From a virus: a DNA stretch of 64,000 bases. Numbering within the stretch: the stretch's first letter is position 1; each line of letters starts with the position of its first letter. This document shows positions 48,845 to 57,520 of the stretch, piece after piece. The stretch spans positions 4,285-68,284 of IMG/VR virus record IMGVR_UViG_2786546706_000001, one strand, 5' to 3'. The position numbers and the translations under genes were made by a program. Under the pieces are notes generated by a model. The model had not been told where the DNA came from. It saw nothing but the letters and a program-made list of their open reading frames with translations, and searched no databases.

Positions 48845-49306
48845 ATGAACAGACTCAAAGAACTCAAGACGCTGAAGGAGAAAGCGGAGGAACTTCAGCT
48901 GGACAACAGGGAAATCCTCCGCAAATACACGCTGACGGAGCTGTCCGCCATCTACAACGGGATCGGTCCGGACTCCTTTCCGGAGTGGCTTCGGAACTGC
49001 ATTTCCGCTCTGCATCCGAGCCTCGCCGTGGTCGCGCTGATCCACGATGTCGAATGGCACGAGTCGGACAAGAGCAAGGAGAAGTTCGCCGAATCCAACG
49101 CCCGGTTCAAAGCCAACGGCTACAAGGTCGCCGAGTCGGAATTCGGGTGGTACAACCCCAGACGGTATGTGGTCATGAATCAGGCGCGGCGCTTCGGCAA
49201 CATCTGCCAGCTCTTCGGCTGGGGGGCGTGGACCACCGACTGCATCTGCACCGTCTGCCGGAAGCGCAGGGAAAAAGAAGTTCAGGAGGCAAAGGAAAAT
49301 GCGTAA
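48845..49306 (+). CDS. Phospholipase A2-like protein
   Basis: YNGIGP...ALIHDVEW...N.RF..N. Confidence 0.55.
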   Translation: MNRLKELKTLKEKAEELQLDNREILRKYTLTELSAIYNGIGPDSFPEWLRNCISALHPSLAVVALIHDVEWHESDKSKEKFAESNARFKANGYKVAESEFGWYNPRRYVVMNQARRFGNICQLFGWGAWTTDCICTVCRKRREKEVQEAKENA

Positions 49307-49691
49307 TGTTCTGCTCATTCTCGCGGCGGTGTGCATCACCGCGATGATCGCCGGCTGCGGTCATAACGCGGTCCACTATGGAGACGGCATCGGGTTCGAT
49401 GCCGGAATCAATCCGGAGAACTGGACGGCGTCGTTCACCCTGCGGTACGGCAAGATCCTCTCCACGGTCACCCGCGACAACGTGGAGATCGAACTGACCG
49501 GCAACGCAAACGCGAACACACAGAACGGCGGAGAAAAGACCGCCCTGACCAAAGTCGGCACGGACGGGAACCTGAAGATCAAAATCGGTCGTCAGATCAA
49601 CGGCGCGGCGGTGGATCTCGTCAAGGCCGGAGCGGACGCAGACAAAGTGGTCAGCGCTCTGTCCGAAACCGTTCCGCCTCAGAAACAGTAA
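49299..49691 (+). CDS. Lipoprotein
   Basis: MRNVLLILAAVCITAMIAG-C lipobox. Confidence 0.75.
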   Translation: MRNVLLILAAVCITAMIAGCGHNAVHYGDGIGFDAGINPENWTASFTLRYGKILSTVTRDNVEIELTGNANANTQNGGEKTALTKVGTDGNLKIKIGRQINGAAVDLVKAGADADKVVSALSETVPPQKQ

Positions 49692-49742
49692 CAGTCACCC
49701 CAAAACGGGGAATCTCAAAACCAATAACGAAAGGAACAACTC

Positions 49743-50063
49743 ATGCAGACCAGAAAACAGAAACTCGCCCTCGTCATCTCCATGCTCACCGCCTTCGCAC
49801 TCGGCATGGCAACCCTGTCCGGATGCGCGCTCTTCACGGAGGAGAAAATCGCCGCAACCGCCAGCGCCGTGCTGGAGAACGCCTACGTCGCGGGAGGGGC
49901 CAGCATGGTCGAACAGAAAATCGATCAGATGGTCGCCGACGGCAAGATCACCGCGGAACAGGCAACCCTGCTCAAGGCGGCCGCGCAGAAGTCCTATGAG
50001 GATCTGCAGCGGACGCTCCGGGACAAGGGCCTCGCGGATGTCGAAGTCACCGTAACGAAGTAA
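49743..50063 (+). CDS. Lipoprotein
   Basis: MQTRKQKLALVISMLTAFALGMATLSG-C lipobox. Confidence 0.75.
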   Translation: MQTRKQKLALVISMLTAFALGMATLSGCALFTEEKIAATASAVLENAYVAGGASMVEQKIDQMVADGKITAEQATLLKAAAQKSYEDLQRTLRDKGLADVEVTVTK

Positions 50064-50069
50064 CCGCCC

Positions 50070-50116
50070 AGCCCGACAGTCGCGCACAAACGCCCGCTGT
50101 CGGGCTTTTATTATTT
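50070..50116 (+). terminator. Putative late-operon terminator
   Basis: AGCCCGACAG...CTGTCGGGCT followed by TTTATTATTT. Confidence 0.55.
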
Positions 50117-50490
50117 AGCACGATCAGGCCGGTTCAGCCGCCCCCCGCCTAAGCGAACAGCGGGCCGTTTCCGGCCGACTGTGGGCGTTTTTATGCTGCC
50201 CATATCGAGTGCGGAGCCCCATTATTTTTTCTGCATATTTCGCAGATTTTTTCCGGAATTCCGCTTGCTATTACAGCGTTCCATGCTGCCCGAAAAAAGA
50301 TCGAAAATTCTTTGATTCCGGACTTGACTTCCGGCATATCGCGCCATTTGGAAAAGTCAAGTCATAAAAGTCATAAATAGTTGAGAATAAACGCTTTTAT
50401 TATCGGAATATCTTTCATAATTCGCTGGATATAAACAGGTTTCATGGTAATGTATGTCACTGTCAAGGGGGGCGGTGCGGAGCCGCCCCG
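50105..50490 (+). repeat. Intergenic repeat unit A (forward) ending in promoter CTGGAT-N17-TAATGT (50425-50453) and hairpin
   Basis: Homologous to units B, C; 50105-50287 is an imperfect inverted copy of 57197-57378. Confidence 0.8.
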
Positions 50491-50526
50491 GACGCGGAAA
50501 AACAAACGCCAACAACGGAGGCAAAC

Positions 50527-50784
50527 ATGAAAAAAAACGCCAGCAAGATTCCGGCAGAGTTCTGGACCACAGCCACCGGCCGCACCCTCTGCACCGCCAT
50601 GCACACAAACGCCTGGGACACCCTCGACTGCCTGAACGCGCAGGTCGATGCGATGACCGCAGCCAGCGCCGAAACCGCCGATGCCTCGGTCAAGGCCGAG
50701 ATCGAGAAGGCCAAAGCCAAGGTGGTCGCCGCCCGCGAAGCCTGCCGCAAGGCGATGGCGATCCTGAGCGACAGCACGTTTTAA
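50527..50784 (+). CDS. Hypothetical helical protein
   Basis: GGAGG RBS after promoter and hairpin. Confidence 0.7.
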   Translation: MKKNASKIPAEFWTTATGRTLCTAMHTNAWDTLDCLNAQVDAMTAASAETADASVKAEIEKAKAKVVAAREACRKAMAILSDSTF

Positions 50785-50832
50785 CCCAAAACCGGGGCGG
50801 CGCGAGCCGCCCCCCAAACAACGGAGGTCAAT

Positions 50833-51276
50833 ATGGACTACAACAACATCTACTGGATGGGCAACGGCAAGTATCAGAAAGAGTACGATGAACTGTGGGA
50901 ACGGCTGGTCCCCTCGCAAGGCAACGCGGTCACCAAGGCCGGAGAGGTTCTCCGGGCGGTCTCCCGGATCTACTGCCGGTGGTATAACGATTGCGATCGC
51001 ATCCAGCCGGTCCTGAGCGAATCGGTGGCGGTGAGTGCGATAAAGGCATTCAAATACCTCTACCAGTTCCTCGACCTGGGTTCCGGATTCAGCACGAGGA
51101 AGCTGATGGAAGACATCGTCTTCGCGGACACCGAGGAAGAGTACGAACTGGCGTTGGAACGGGCCGTCGATGCCATCATCGAGTGGGCGATCAAACAGCC
51201 GGACACACCAAACTCGGACGACTTCCTCGATGAAAAGTTCGACGGGGCCTTCGAATTCGACATCATCAGAGACTAA
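50833..51276 (+). CDS. Hypothetical acidic protein
   Basis: YW.GNGKYQ..YDEL...LVP..G....GE.LRA..RIY...YND; GGAGG RBS. Confidence 0.75.
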   Translation: MDYNNIYWMGNGKYQKEYDELWERLVPSQGNAVTKAGEVLRAVSRIYCRWYNDCDRIQPVLSESVAVSAIKAFKYLYQFLDLGSGFSTRKLMEDIVFADTEEEYELALERAVDAIIEWAIKQPDTPNSDDFLDEKFDGAFEFDIIRD

Positions 51277-51321
51277 GACGAAGACTGAAAAAAACCGAGG
51301 GGCGGCAACGCCCCGATTTAT

Positions 51322-51843
51322 GCATAAACGGCCCGCCTCACGTGCGGGCTTTGCTTGCCCACATACGGCTCTGTCGCGGCGGTCAGGTCGGAACCACCTC
51401 CAGGCCGATGCTGGCCTCATGGCATAATCGCACCACGGGCCAAGTCCGGCCAAATGTGGGCGTATTTCATATCGGGCAGCCGAGTGCGAAGCCCCATAAT
51501 ATTTTTTGCAGATTTTCCTCTATTTTTCCGAAATTTGACTTGACTTCGCTTTTTCCCATGCTGCGGAAAATAAATCGAAAATAGTCCGATTCCGGACTTG
51601 ACTTTTTCCCGACTCGCGGAATTTCCATGCGCCGCAAATCCGGAATTTCAGAGTGTCGCAAAAAACGAGATTTTCCGTTGACCGGAGGGGCATATCGCGC
51701 TATTCCGGAAAGTCAAGTCAAAAAATCCACAAATAGTTGAATATAAACGCTTTGTTATCGAAAAATCTTTCGTAATTTACTGGATATAAGCACGTTTCAT
51801 GGTAATGTATGCACTGTCAAGGGGGCGGTGCGGAGCCGCCCCG
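51322..51843 (+). repeat. Intergenic repeat unit B (forward) with promoter CTGGAT-N17-TAATGT (51780-51808)
   Basis: GCATAAACGGCCCGCCTCAC, CAGGCCGATGCTGG, CGGGCCAAGTCCGGCCAAA shared with unit C; 3' ~130 bp similar to unit A. Confidence 0.85.
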
Positions 51844-51874
51844 AAAACGAGCGAAGCCAACAACGGAGGCGAGA

Positions 51875-52042
51875 ATGGAAAAGGCGATCATCAGAGACCG
51901 CGAGACCGGCGAAGAGCTGACCCTCACAGCCCTTCGGGAAGAATACGAAACCCTGAAAAAAGCCGGGGAAACCGAAGCCGGAAGTTTTGAGGATTACCTC
52001 GAAAACATCACGGACGGCAACGGAACCTGCGATTGGATTTAA
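51875..52042 (+). CDS. Small acidic hypothetical protein
   Basis: 55 aa, GGAGG RBS. Confidence 0.7.
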   Translation: MEKAIIRDRETGEELTLTALREEYETLKKAGETEAGSFEDYLENITDGNGTCDWI

Positions 52043-52081
52043 CGAAACAACGGGGGCGGCAACGCCCCCAAGGAGGACACG

Positions 52082-52378
52082 ATGGAAAAAAGAATTTGCG
52101 AAGCCTGCCACACGGCGACCGAGGACACGTTCCTGACGGTCGGGGAACGGGAAAACGTCTGCTTGGAATGCGCCACCAAGATGGCGAACGAAGCCAAGGC
52201 GGAGAACCGCGAACTTGAAATCACCGACGAGAACGGCGACGCCTGGTTCCTCTGCACCTGGTGCGAGGAGCTTTTTCCGGAAAGCGAACTCCGGAAGGAG
52301 GCCGACCTCGGGCACCTTTGCGACCGGTGCATCGCGGCGATTCACTCACGGGGCGAACGCCTGAGCCTGGAATACTGA
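52082..52378 (+). CDS. Double Zn-finger protein
   Basis: CEAC...CLEC and CTWC...CDRC; AGGAGG RBS. Confidence 0.75.
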   Translation: MEKRICEACHTATEDTFLTVGERENVCLECATKMANEAKAENRELEITDENGDAWFLCTWCEELFPESELRKEADLGHLCDRCIAAIHSRGERLSLEY

Positions 52379-52433
52379 AAACCACCGCGGGGCCCGGTTC
52401 GCCGGGCTCCGGCAAACGAAAGGAACAGAAAAA

Positions 52434-52649
52434 ATGCAAGACCCGTTTTTCACCAAAACCCGCTGCGACCGTTGCGGAGCCCCGCTGACGGTCAGAATCA
52501 TGAGCATGTACAATGAGGACGTCTTGTGCATGACCTGCAAGGAAAAGGAGCGGCAGCGCCCCGACTACCGCGAGGCGGTCGAGGCGGACAACGCCGCCAT
52601 CCGGCGAGGCGACCGGAACTTCAAGGGCATCGGGCTGAAAAAGAAATGA
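52434..52649 (+). CDS. Small Zn-ribbon protein of the amidoligase/GGCT cassette
   Basis: FF....CDRCG...RIMSMYNEDVLCMTCKEKE...GDRNFKGIG. Confidence 0.75.
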   Translation: MQDPFFTKTRCDRCGAPLTVRIMSMYNEDVLCMTCKEKERQRPDYREAVEADNAAIRRGDRNFKGIGLKKK

Positions 52650-52666
52650 ACGGAAAGGAGACCACC

Positions 52667-52885
52667 ATGCCGAAAACCGACATCAAAGTCCGCATCATCG
52701 GAGCAGACGGAAACGTGTTCAACCTCCTCGGCATATGCCGGAGAGCCCTCGGCCGGGCCGGGAAGATCGAACTGTGGGACGAGTTCTACAAGGAGGCGAC
52801 CTCCGGCGATTACAACCACGCCCTCGCCACCATCGCCGACTGGTTCGTGGTCTGCTCGGTGGATGAATCCGAGGACGAGGACTGA
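52667..52885 (+). CDS. Conserved small phage protein
   Basis: IGADGNVFNLLG..RRAL...ATSGDYNHAL. Confidence 0.7.
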   Translation: MPKTDIKVRIIGADGNVFNLLGICRRALGRAGKIELWDEFYKEATSGDYNHALATIADWFVVCSVDESEDED

Positions 52886-52931
52886 AGCACAGACCGGCCC
52901 CCGGAAGGGGGCCTTCACCAAGGAGGCGAAA

Positions 52932-53240
52932 ATGTACCTTTTCAAGCGAATCGGGAAAGAGATGCCGGGGACCGTGCCGGAACTGGAAGTCGTGGAATTT
53001 CCGACCGCCGACACGCCGGACAGCATTCTGTTCCAAGGGAACTGGAAAACCGAAAACGGGGAGTTTTTTCTCGAATTTGAGGGGCTGAAGGAATCGGAGA
53101 AAATTCTGTGGCTCCGGATCATCGATTGGAACGAAGGCGGCGAGGTCATCGCCGAACTCACCGACCTGACGGAATTCGCAAATCGGTATCCGAACTGCAT
53201 GGAGGAGCTGATTTCCTTCTGCCGGGAGACCCGAATTTAG
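52932..53240 (+). CDS. Hypothetical acidic protein
   Basis: AGGAGG RBS after hairpin. Confidence 0.65.
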   Translation: MYLFKRIGKEMPGTVPELEVVEFPTADTPDSILFQGNWKTENGEFFLEFEGLKESEKILWLRIIDWNEGGEVIAELTDLTEFANRYPNCMEELISFCRETRI

Positions 53241-53913
53241 CATAAACGGCCCGCCTCACAAGCGGGCTTATTTCGCGCACACTCGCCCCTGTCGCGGCGA
53301 ACAGGGCGAGCCCACCTGCAGGCCGATGCTGGTCTTATGCTATAATCGCGCCGCGGGCCAAGTCCGGCCAAACGTGGGCATAATTTTATTCGGGGATCGG
53401 CTGCCGAGGCCCCTGAAAAAATCTGCATATTTTTCAGATTTTCTTTGAATTCCGACTTGACTTCGCTTTTCTCCATGCTGCGGAAAAAAGATCGGAAATT
53501 CTTTAAAATCCGACTTGACTTCGCTTTTCTCCACGCTCCGGAAAAAAGATCGAAAATTCTTTGAATGCCGACTTGCATAGGGCTTTTCCCATGCTGCAGA
53601 AAAAATAGCGATTATTTCTATAAAATTGACTTGACTTCGCTTTTCTCCCATGCTGCCGGAGAGGGGCGATTTTTCTTTTTTTCCGACTTGCATTCTGCCG
53701 ATTCGCCGCCGCGCCGGACGGCAGAGAAAATGCCGATTTTTCCGCATATTCCGGCCCTGGAGCGCCTCATTTTCAAATAGCAAGTCGGAATATCGCAAAT
53801 ACTTGAAAATAAAGTGGATTTATTATCGGAAATTCCGCTATAAGTTACTGGCTATCAACGGATTGTATGGTAATGTATGCACTGTCAACGGGGGCGGTAC
53901 GGACGCCGCCCCG
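53240..53913 (+). repeat. Intergenic repeat unit C (forward) including four to five 58-bp tandem repeats and promoter CTGGCT-N17-TAATGT (53848-53876)
   Basis: CCGACTTGACTTCGCTTTTCTCCATGCTGCGGAAAAAAGATC... at 53452, 53510, 53568, 53626, partial 53683. Confidence 0.85.
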
Positions 53914-53949
53914 GACAAACCGGTCAACAGCCAAACGATGGAGGCGAAC

Positions 53950-54846
53950 ATGACCAACACGATTGAGACGGCGAAGGGCTTGACCTTCGGGACGGAACTT
54001 GAGTACACCAACATCAGCCGCGAGCGCGCGGCGCGGGCGATCCACACGGTGGTCGGCGGAACGGTCCGCTACACCGGCGGGAGCTACGACGAGTGGACGG
54101 TGGTCGCGCCGGACGGTCGGCATTGGAAGGCCATCAGCGACGGCAGCCTGACCGACCGCGCCACCAGCGCCGAGGTGGTCACCCCGATTCTGAAATGGGA
54201 CGACCTCGAAACCCTGCAGGCGGTGGTTCGCGCCCTGCGGCACGCCGGGGCCAAGACGCCCGATTGCACCTCCCAGCACGTTCACATCGGGATCGCCGAT
54301 TTCAACGCCCGCCAAATCGCCAACATCGCGCGGATTTTCTACAAGCAGGAGGAGCTGATCCTCAAGGCGGCCGGAACCCTCGAACGCCGCCTTCAGCACT
54401 ACACCCGCCGCACCGACCGCGCCTTCATCGAGCGCCTTGAAAGGGCGAAACCGACCACGCGCGAGGCCCTCAACGAGGCCTGGTTCGGTTACCGGAACCC
54501 GACCCCCTCCCACTACGACGGGGCCCGCTACCGCGACATCAACCTGAACAACGTGTGGCGGATGGGCACGGTCGAATTCCGGCTTTTCAACGGCACGACC
54601 CACGCAGGCGAGGTCAAGGCGCACATTCAGCTTTGCCTCGCGATTGCGGCGAAAGCCAAGACCGCGGCCTGCGCCTCCACCAAAAACCAGCGCCCCTACA
54701 ACCCCGCAAGCGCCAAGTACGACCTCCGGGTTTTCCTCCTCCGCCTCGGCCTCATCGGGCGGGAATTCAAAAACACCCGCATGCACCTGATGAAGCGGAT
54801 GCCGGGAAGTTCGGCATGGAAGAACGGCAGACCGGAAGGCCGGTAA
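53950..54846 (+). CDS. Putative amidoligase (COOH-NH2 ligase type 2)
   Basis: TFGTELE, W....DGSL, AEVVTPIL, HVHIG, RY..INL, TVEFRLFNGT.HAG. Confidence 0.88.
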   Translation: MTNTIETAKGLTFGTELEYTNISRERAARAIHTVVGGTVRYTGGSYDEWTVVAPDGRHWKAISDGSLTDRATSAEVVTPILKWDDLETLQAVVRALRHAGAKTPDCTSQHVHIGIADFNARQIANIARIFYKQEELILKAAGTLERRLQHYTRRTDRAFIERLERAKPTTREALNEAWFGYRNPTPSHYDGARYRDINLNNVWRMGTVEFRLFNGTTHAGEVKAHIQLCLAIAAKAKTAACASTKNQRPYNPASAKYDLRVFLLRLGLIGREFKNTRMHLMKRMPGSSAWKNGRPEGR

Positions 54847-54884
54847 AACGGAACGGGGGGCCGGGAACCCCGGCCCTCCTTTAA

Positions 54885-55245
54885 CAGCATGGCTTGCGTC
54901 AATAGCAAGCGGTTCTTTGAAAAAAAGTTGGAAATAAAGTCGAAAAAAAGACGCGAGCATGGCTTGACTCACCATGCAAGTCCTTTTTCGCAGAAAGTTT
55001 GAAAATATATTTGCGATTTTTTCCAGAGCATGACTTGACTGCTTATGCAAGTCGCCATCGAGGTCATTTTCAAAAAAATCGCAAATATTTTCAGACCCCT
55101 CGGCACTCGATGCCGTGATAAAATTATGCCCACACGGGCAGAGTTAGGGGGCAACGTGCGATCTTATGGTCAGACCAGCATCGGCCTGTAGGTAGTCAAA
55201 CGCTGTTCGCCGCGACAGAGGCCCGTGTGGGCGAAATAAAGCCCA
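54885..55245 (-). repeat. Intergenic repeat unit D (inverted copy of unit C/B)
   Basis: 55118-55133, 55172-55188, 55203-55218 are exact reverse complements of 53374-53389, 53319-53335, 53289-53304. Confidence 0.88.
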
Positions 55246-55264
55246 ACGTGAAAGGAGCAATAAA

Positions 55265-55603
55265 GTGAAAATCCGCATTTACGAAACCGACTTCGAAGGC
55301 CACCCCGTGGAATGCACCGGTGAGTTCTTCTCCGGACCTTCCGCGCTCGCCATCGTGGAGGCGATGAAGATGAGCCCGTTCACCGCCAGCCTCGATCCGC
55401 TTGCCTTCATGCGCCGGGTGCTTGACGGCATCGGCCAGGCGGACTTCGAACTGACCGGGCCTCCGGAAAAGGCCGCCATCGTCTTCCTGCAAAGACTCAC
55501 GGCGCTGAACTTCGCCGGATACGAACTGGAGAAAGACGAGGTGATTTTCGCCCCGGTTTCGGGACATATTCGGCACATATCGAAAAAGCAAGTCGGAAAA
55601 TAA
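55265..55603 (+). CDS. Hypothetical protein
   Basis: GTG start with AAAGGAG RBS. Confidence 0.65.
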   Translation: MKIRIYETDFEGHPVECTGEFFSGPSALAIVEAMKMSPFTASLDPLAFMRRVLDGIGQADFELTGPPEKAAIVFLQRLTALNFAGYELEKDEVIFAPVSGHIRHISKKQVGK

Positions 55604-55645
55604 AGATTTCTCGATAATATATCTTGATTATAAACGACTTGTGGA

Positions 55646-55711
55646 CTGGATATATCCGCAGTTCAGCGGCAATGTATGTCGCTGTCAAGGGCGAGGTCCG
55701 GAGCCTCGCCG
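55646..55711 (+). promoter_or_regulatory. Repeated promoter + 5' hairpin
   Basis: CTGGATATA...GGCAATGTATGTCGCTGTCAA then GGCGAGG...CCTCGCC. Confidence 0.7.
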
Positions 55712-55757
55712 GAAAGTTCGGAAAAACAACGGGCGGAAGCCCAGAAAGGAATGAGCC

Positions 55758-56192
55758 ATGAGCACTCGCGCAGCAATCGCCATGAGACTCCCCGACAACA
55801 CCATTCACGCCATCTACTGCCACAACGACGGCTACCCCGGCTGGACCGGAGCCATCCTCGGCGGGTTCTACAAAACCGAGGAACGGGTCAAGGCGCTCCT
55901 TGCCCTCGGCGCGCTCAGCCAGATCTGGCCGAAGCTGGAGCCGGACCCCGGCGTTCCGCACACGTTCATCAATCCGCAAAAGGACGTGACCATCGCCTAC
56001 CATCGGGACCGCGGCGAGCCGCTGAGAACCGGCTCGGTCTACGCCACCCTTGAGGAATTCGAGAAGGACGCGCCGGAATCCTTCTGGGCCGACTACCTCT
56101 ACCTTTTCGAGAACGGGACGTGGAAATTCCGCCAGAGCTACGGCGAGAGCGAATGGACCGAGCTCAACGTGAAGGTCGGAGAAGAGAACTGA
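55758..56192 (+). CDS. Conserved phage protein (MSTR...IYCHNDGY family), paralog of 8464-8883
   Basis: MSTRAAIA...AIYCHNDGY...LLALGALS...IAYHRDRGE...WADYLYLF. Confidence 0.8.
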   Translation: MSTRAAIAMRLPDNTIHAIYCHNDGYPGWTGAILGGFYKTEERVKALLALGALSQIWPKLEPDPGVPHTFINPQKDVTIAYHRDRGEPLRTGSVYATLEEFEKDAPESFWADYLYLFENGTWKFRQSYGESEWTELNVKVGEEN

Positions 56193-56239
56193 AAACGGGA
56201 AACAGGGGCGGCGCGAACGCCGCCCCGGAAAGGAACGCC

Positions 56240-56662
56240 ATGAGAGCGATTTTCATCAACGCGGTCGGCCGCACGGTCGAGGAAGTTCAGATCGAAAACA
56301 AACTGGAAGCCTTCTACGAAAAGATCGGCTGCGAGATGATCGAGGTTCTGCGGATCGGCGGAAACCACCTCGCCATCGTCGACGAGGAGGGGAAACTCCG
56401 GAATTGGGAAGCGGGATTCAGGTTTCCGAAATCGGAGGGCATCGCCGGGAACGCGCTGATCGTCTGCGGAAAGAGAAACGGCGACTTCACCGACGCCAAG
56501 GCTCCGGTCGAGTTGTTCCAGCTCTGCACCACCTTCCTCGATCTGAAAAAGAATCCACTGCCGCCACCGGCATTCGGAGTCGCCTTCATCTCCGACATGA
56601 GTCCGGAAGGTATCGAAAAGGCACGGGCCGAGGCACTGCGGGATTTGGAACAGCATCGCTGA
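56240..56662 (+). CDS. DUF3846 domain protein
   Basis: IENKLEAFYEKIGCEMIE...IVDEEGKL...IAGNALIV. Confidence 0.75.
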   Translation: MRAIFINAVGRTVEEVQIENKLEAFYEKIGCEMIEVLRIGGNHLAIVDEEGKLRNWEAGFRFPKSEGIAGNALIVCGKRNGDFTDAKAPVELFQLCTTFLDLKKNPLPPPAFGVAFISDMSPEGIEKARAEALRDLEQHR

Positions 56663-56714
56663 ACACGAAACAACGCCGCCCCGCCGAGGGGCGGCTCATA
56701 GAAAGGATTGGAAA

Positions 56715-57197
56715 ATGGAAATTCTGGAATCGCAAAACAAGGACTACGGTTTTTACGGAACTGCGGCGCTTCACGGTCGCGGCAAGGCCGGAGCAAAATG
56801 GCAGGCCGCTTTCCTGTGGGTGGCGGCGGCAATGCCGTCATGGTCGGCGGAGAACATCCGCGATTTCCTCGACGGTCGCCCCGGTCGGCATCTTGCCGAT
56901 GAACTCCACTGCCGCGGCGACATGGGGAAAATCAGTCCGGACTCCTGGCTCCGGAGCATGTACGAATTCGCCGTGGAGGTCGGCATCGCCGATAAAACGC
57001 CGGGGCTGGACCTCCGGCTGAAAGCCGACGCCGAATTCCGGAAGGCCGTGGCGAGCGCCAGAGCCGCCGAGGACGTCTACTGGAAAATACTGAACGGCCT
57101 CCCATCGGAGCAGAAGGACACTCCCTACACCGCCGCACTGCGTGAGCATGTCTCGGACCGCATTGCCAGGATACGGCTCCTCCTGCACGACCTGTGA
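56715..57197 (+). CDS. Conserved hypothetical MGE protein
   Basis: ILESQNKDYGFYGT...IRDFLDGRPGRHLADEL. Confidence 0.7.
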   Translation: MEILESQNKDYGFYGTAALHGRGKAGAKWQAAFLWVAAAMPSWSAENIRDFLDGRPGRHLADELHCRGDMGKISPDSWLRSMYEFAVEVGIADKTPGLDLRLKADAEFRKAVASARAAEDVYWKILNGLPSEQKDTPYTAALREHVSDRIARIRLLLHDL

Positions 57198-57378
57198 GCA
57201 TGGATTCCGCACTTATGCAAGTCGTAAGTGCGGAAATATCTCGAAAATATGGAGAAATTATTATGGCCCTCCGCACGAGGTCAGCGCATAAAATAACGCC
57301 CACTGCGGCCCGGAAACGCCCCAGCGTCCGCTTATGCGGGGGCGGGTCAAATCGGCCTGATCGTGGTAATAAAAACCT
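57197..57378 (-). repeat. Intergenic repeat unit E (inverted copy of unit A)
   Basis: CGGCCTGATCGTG (57353-57365) is reverse complement of 50119-50131; similarity continues through GTGGGCGTT, GTGCGGAG and TTGC..N..CCATGC. Confidence 0.8.
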
Positions 57379-57520
57379 CGCGCCACAGGGGCCTGTCCGG
57401 GCCGGAAAAGGGCATTCGATATTCTTCGATATTTTCCTGATATTCAAGTTGCTATATCGGAGAATCCACGCTTATATATACGCCGGGTCAGACATAAACG
57501 CAAAAGCAGAAAGGAGAGCC

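Noticed and set aside
53452-53700. CRISPR array
   Set aside because: Units are whole 58-bp degenerate tandem repeats with no unique spacers and no cas genes in the window.
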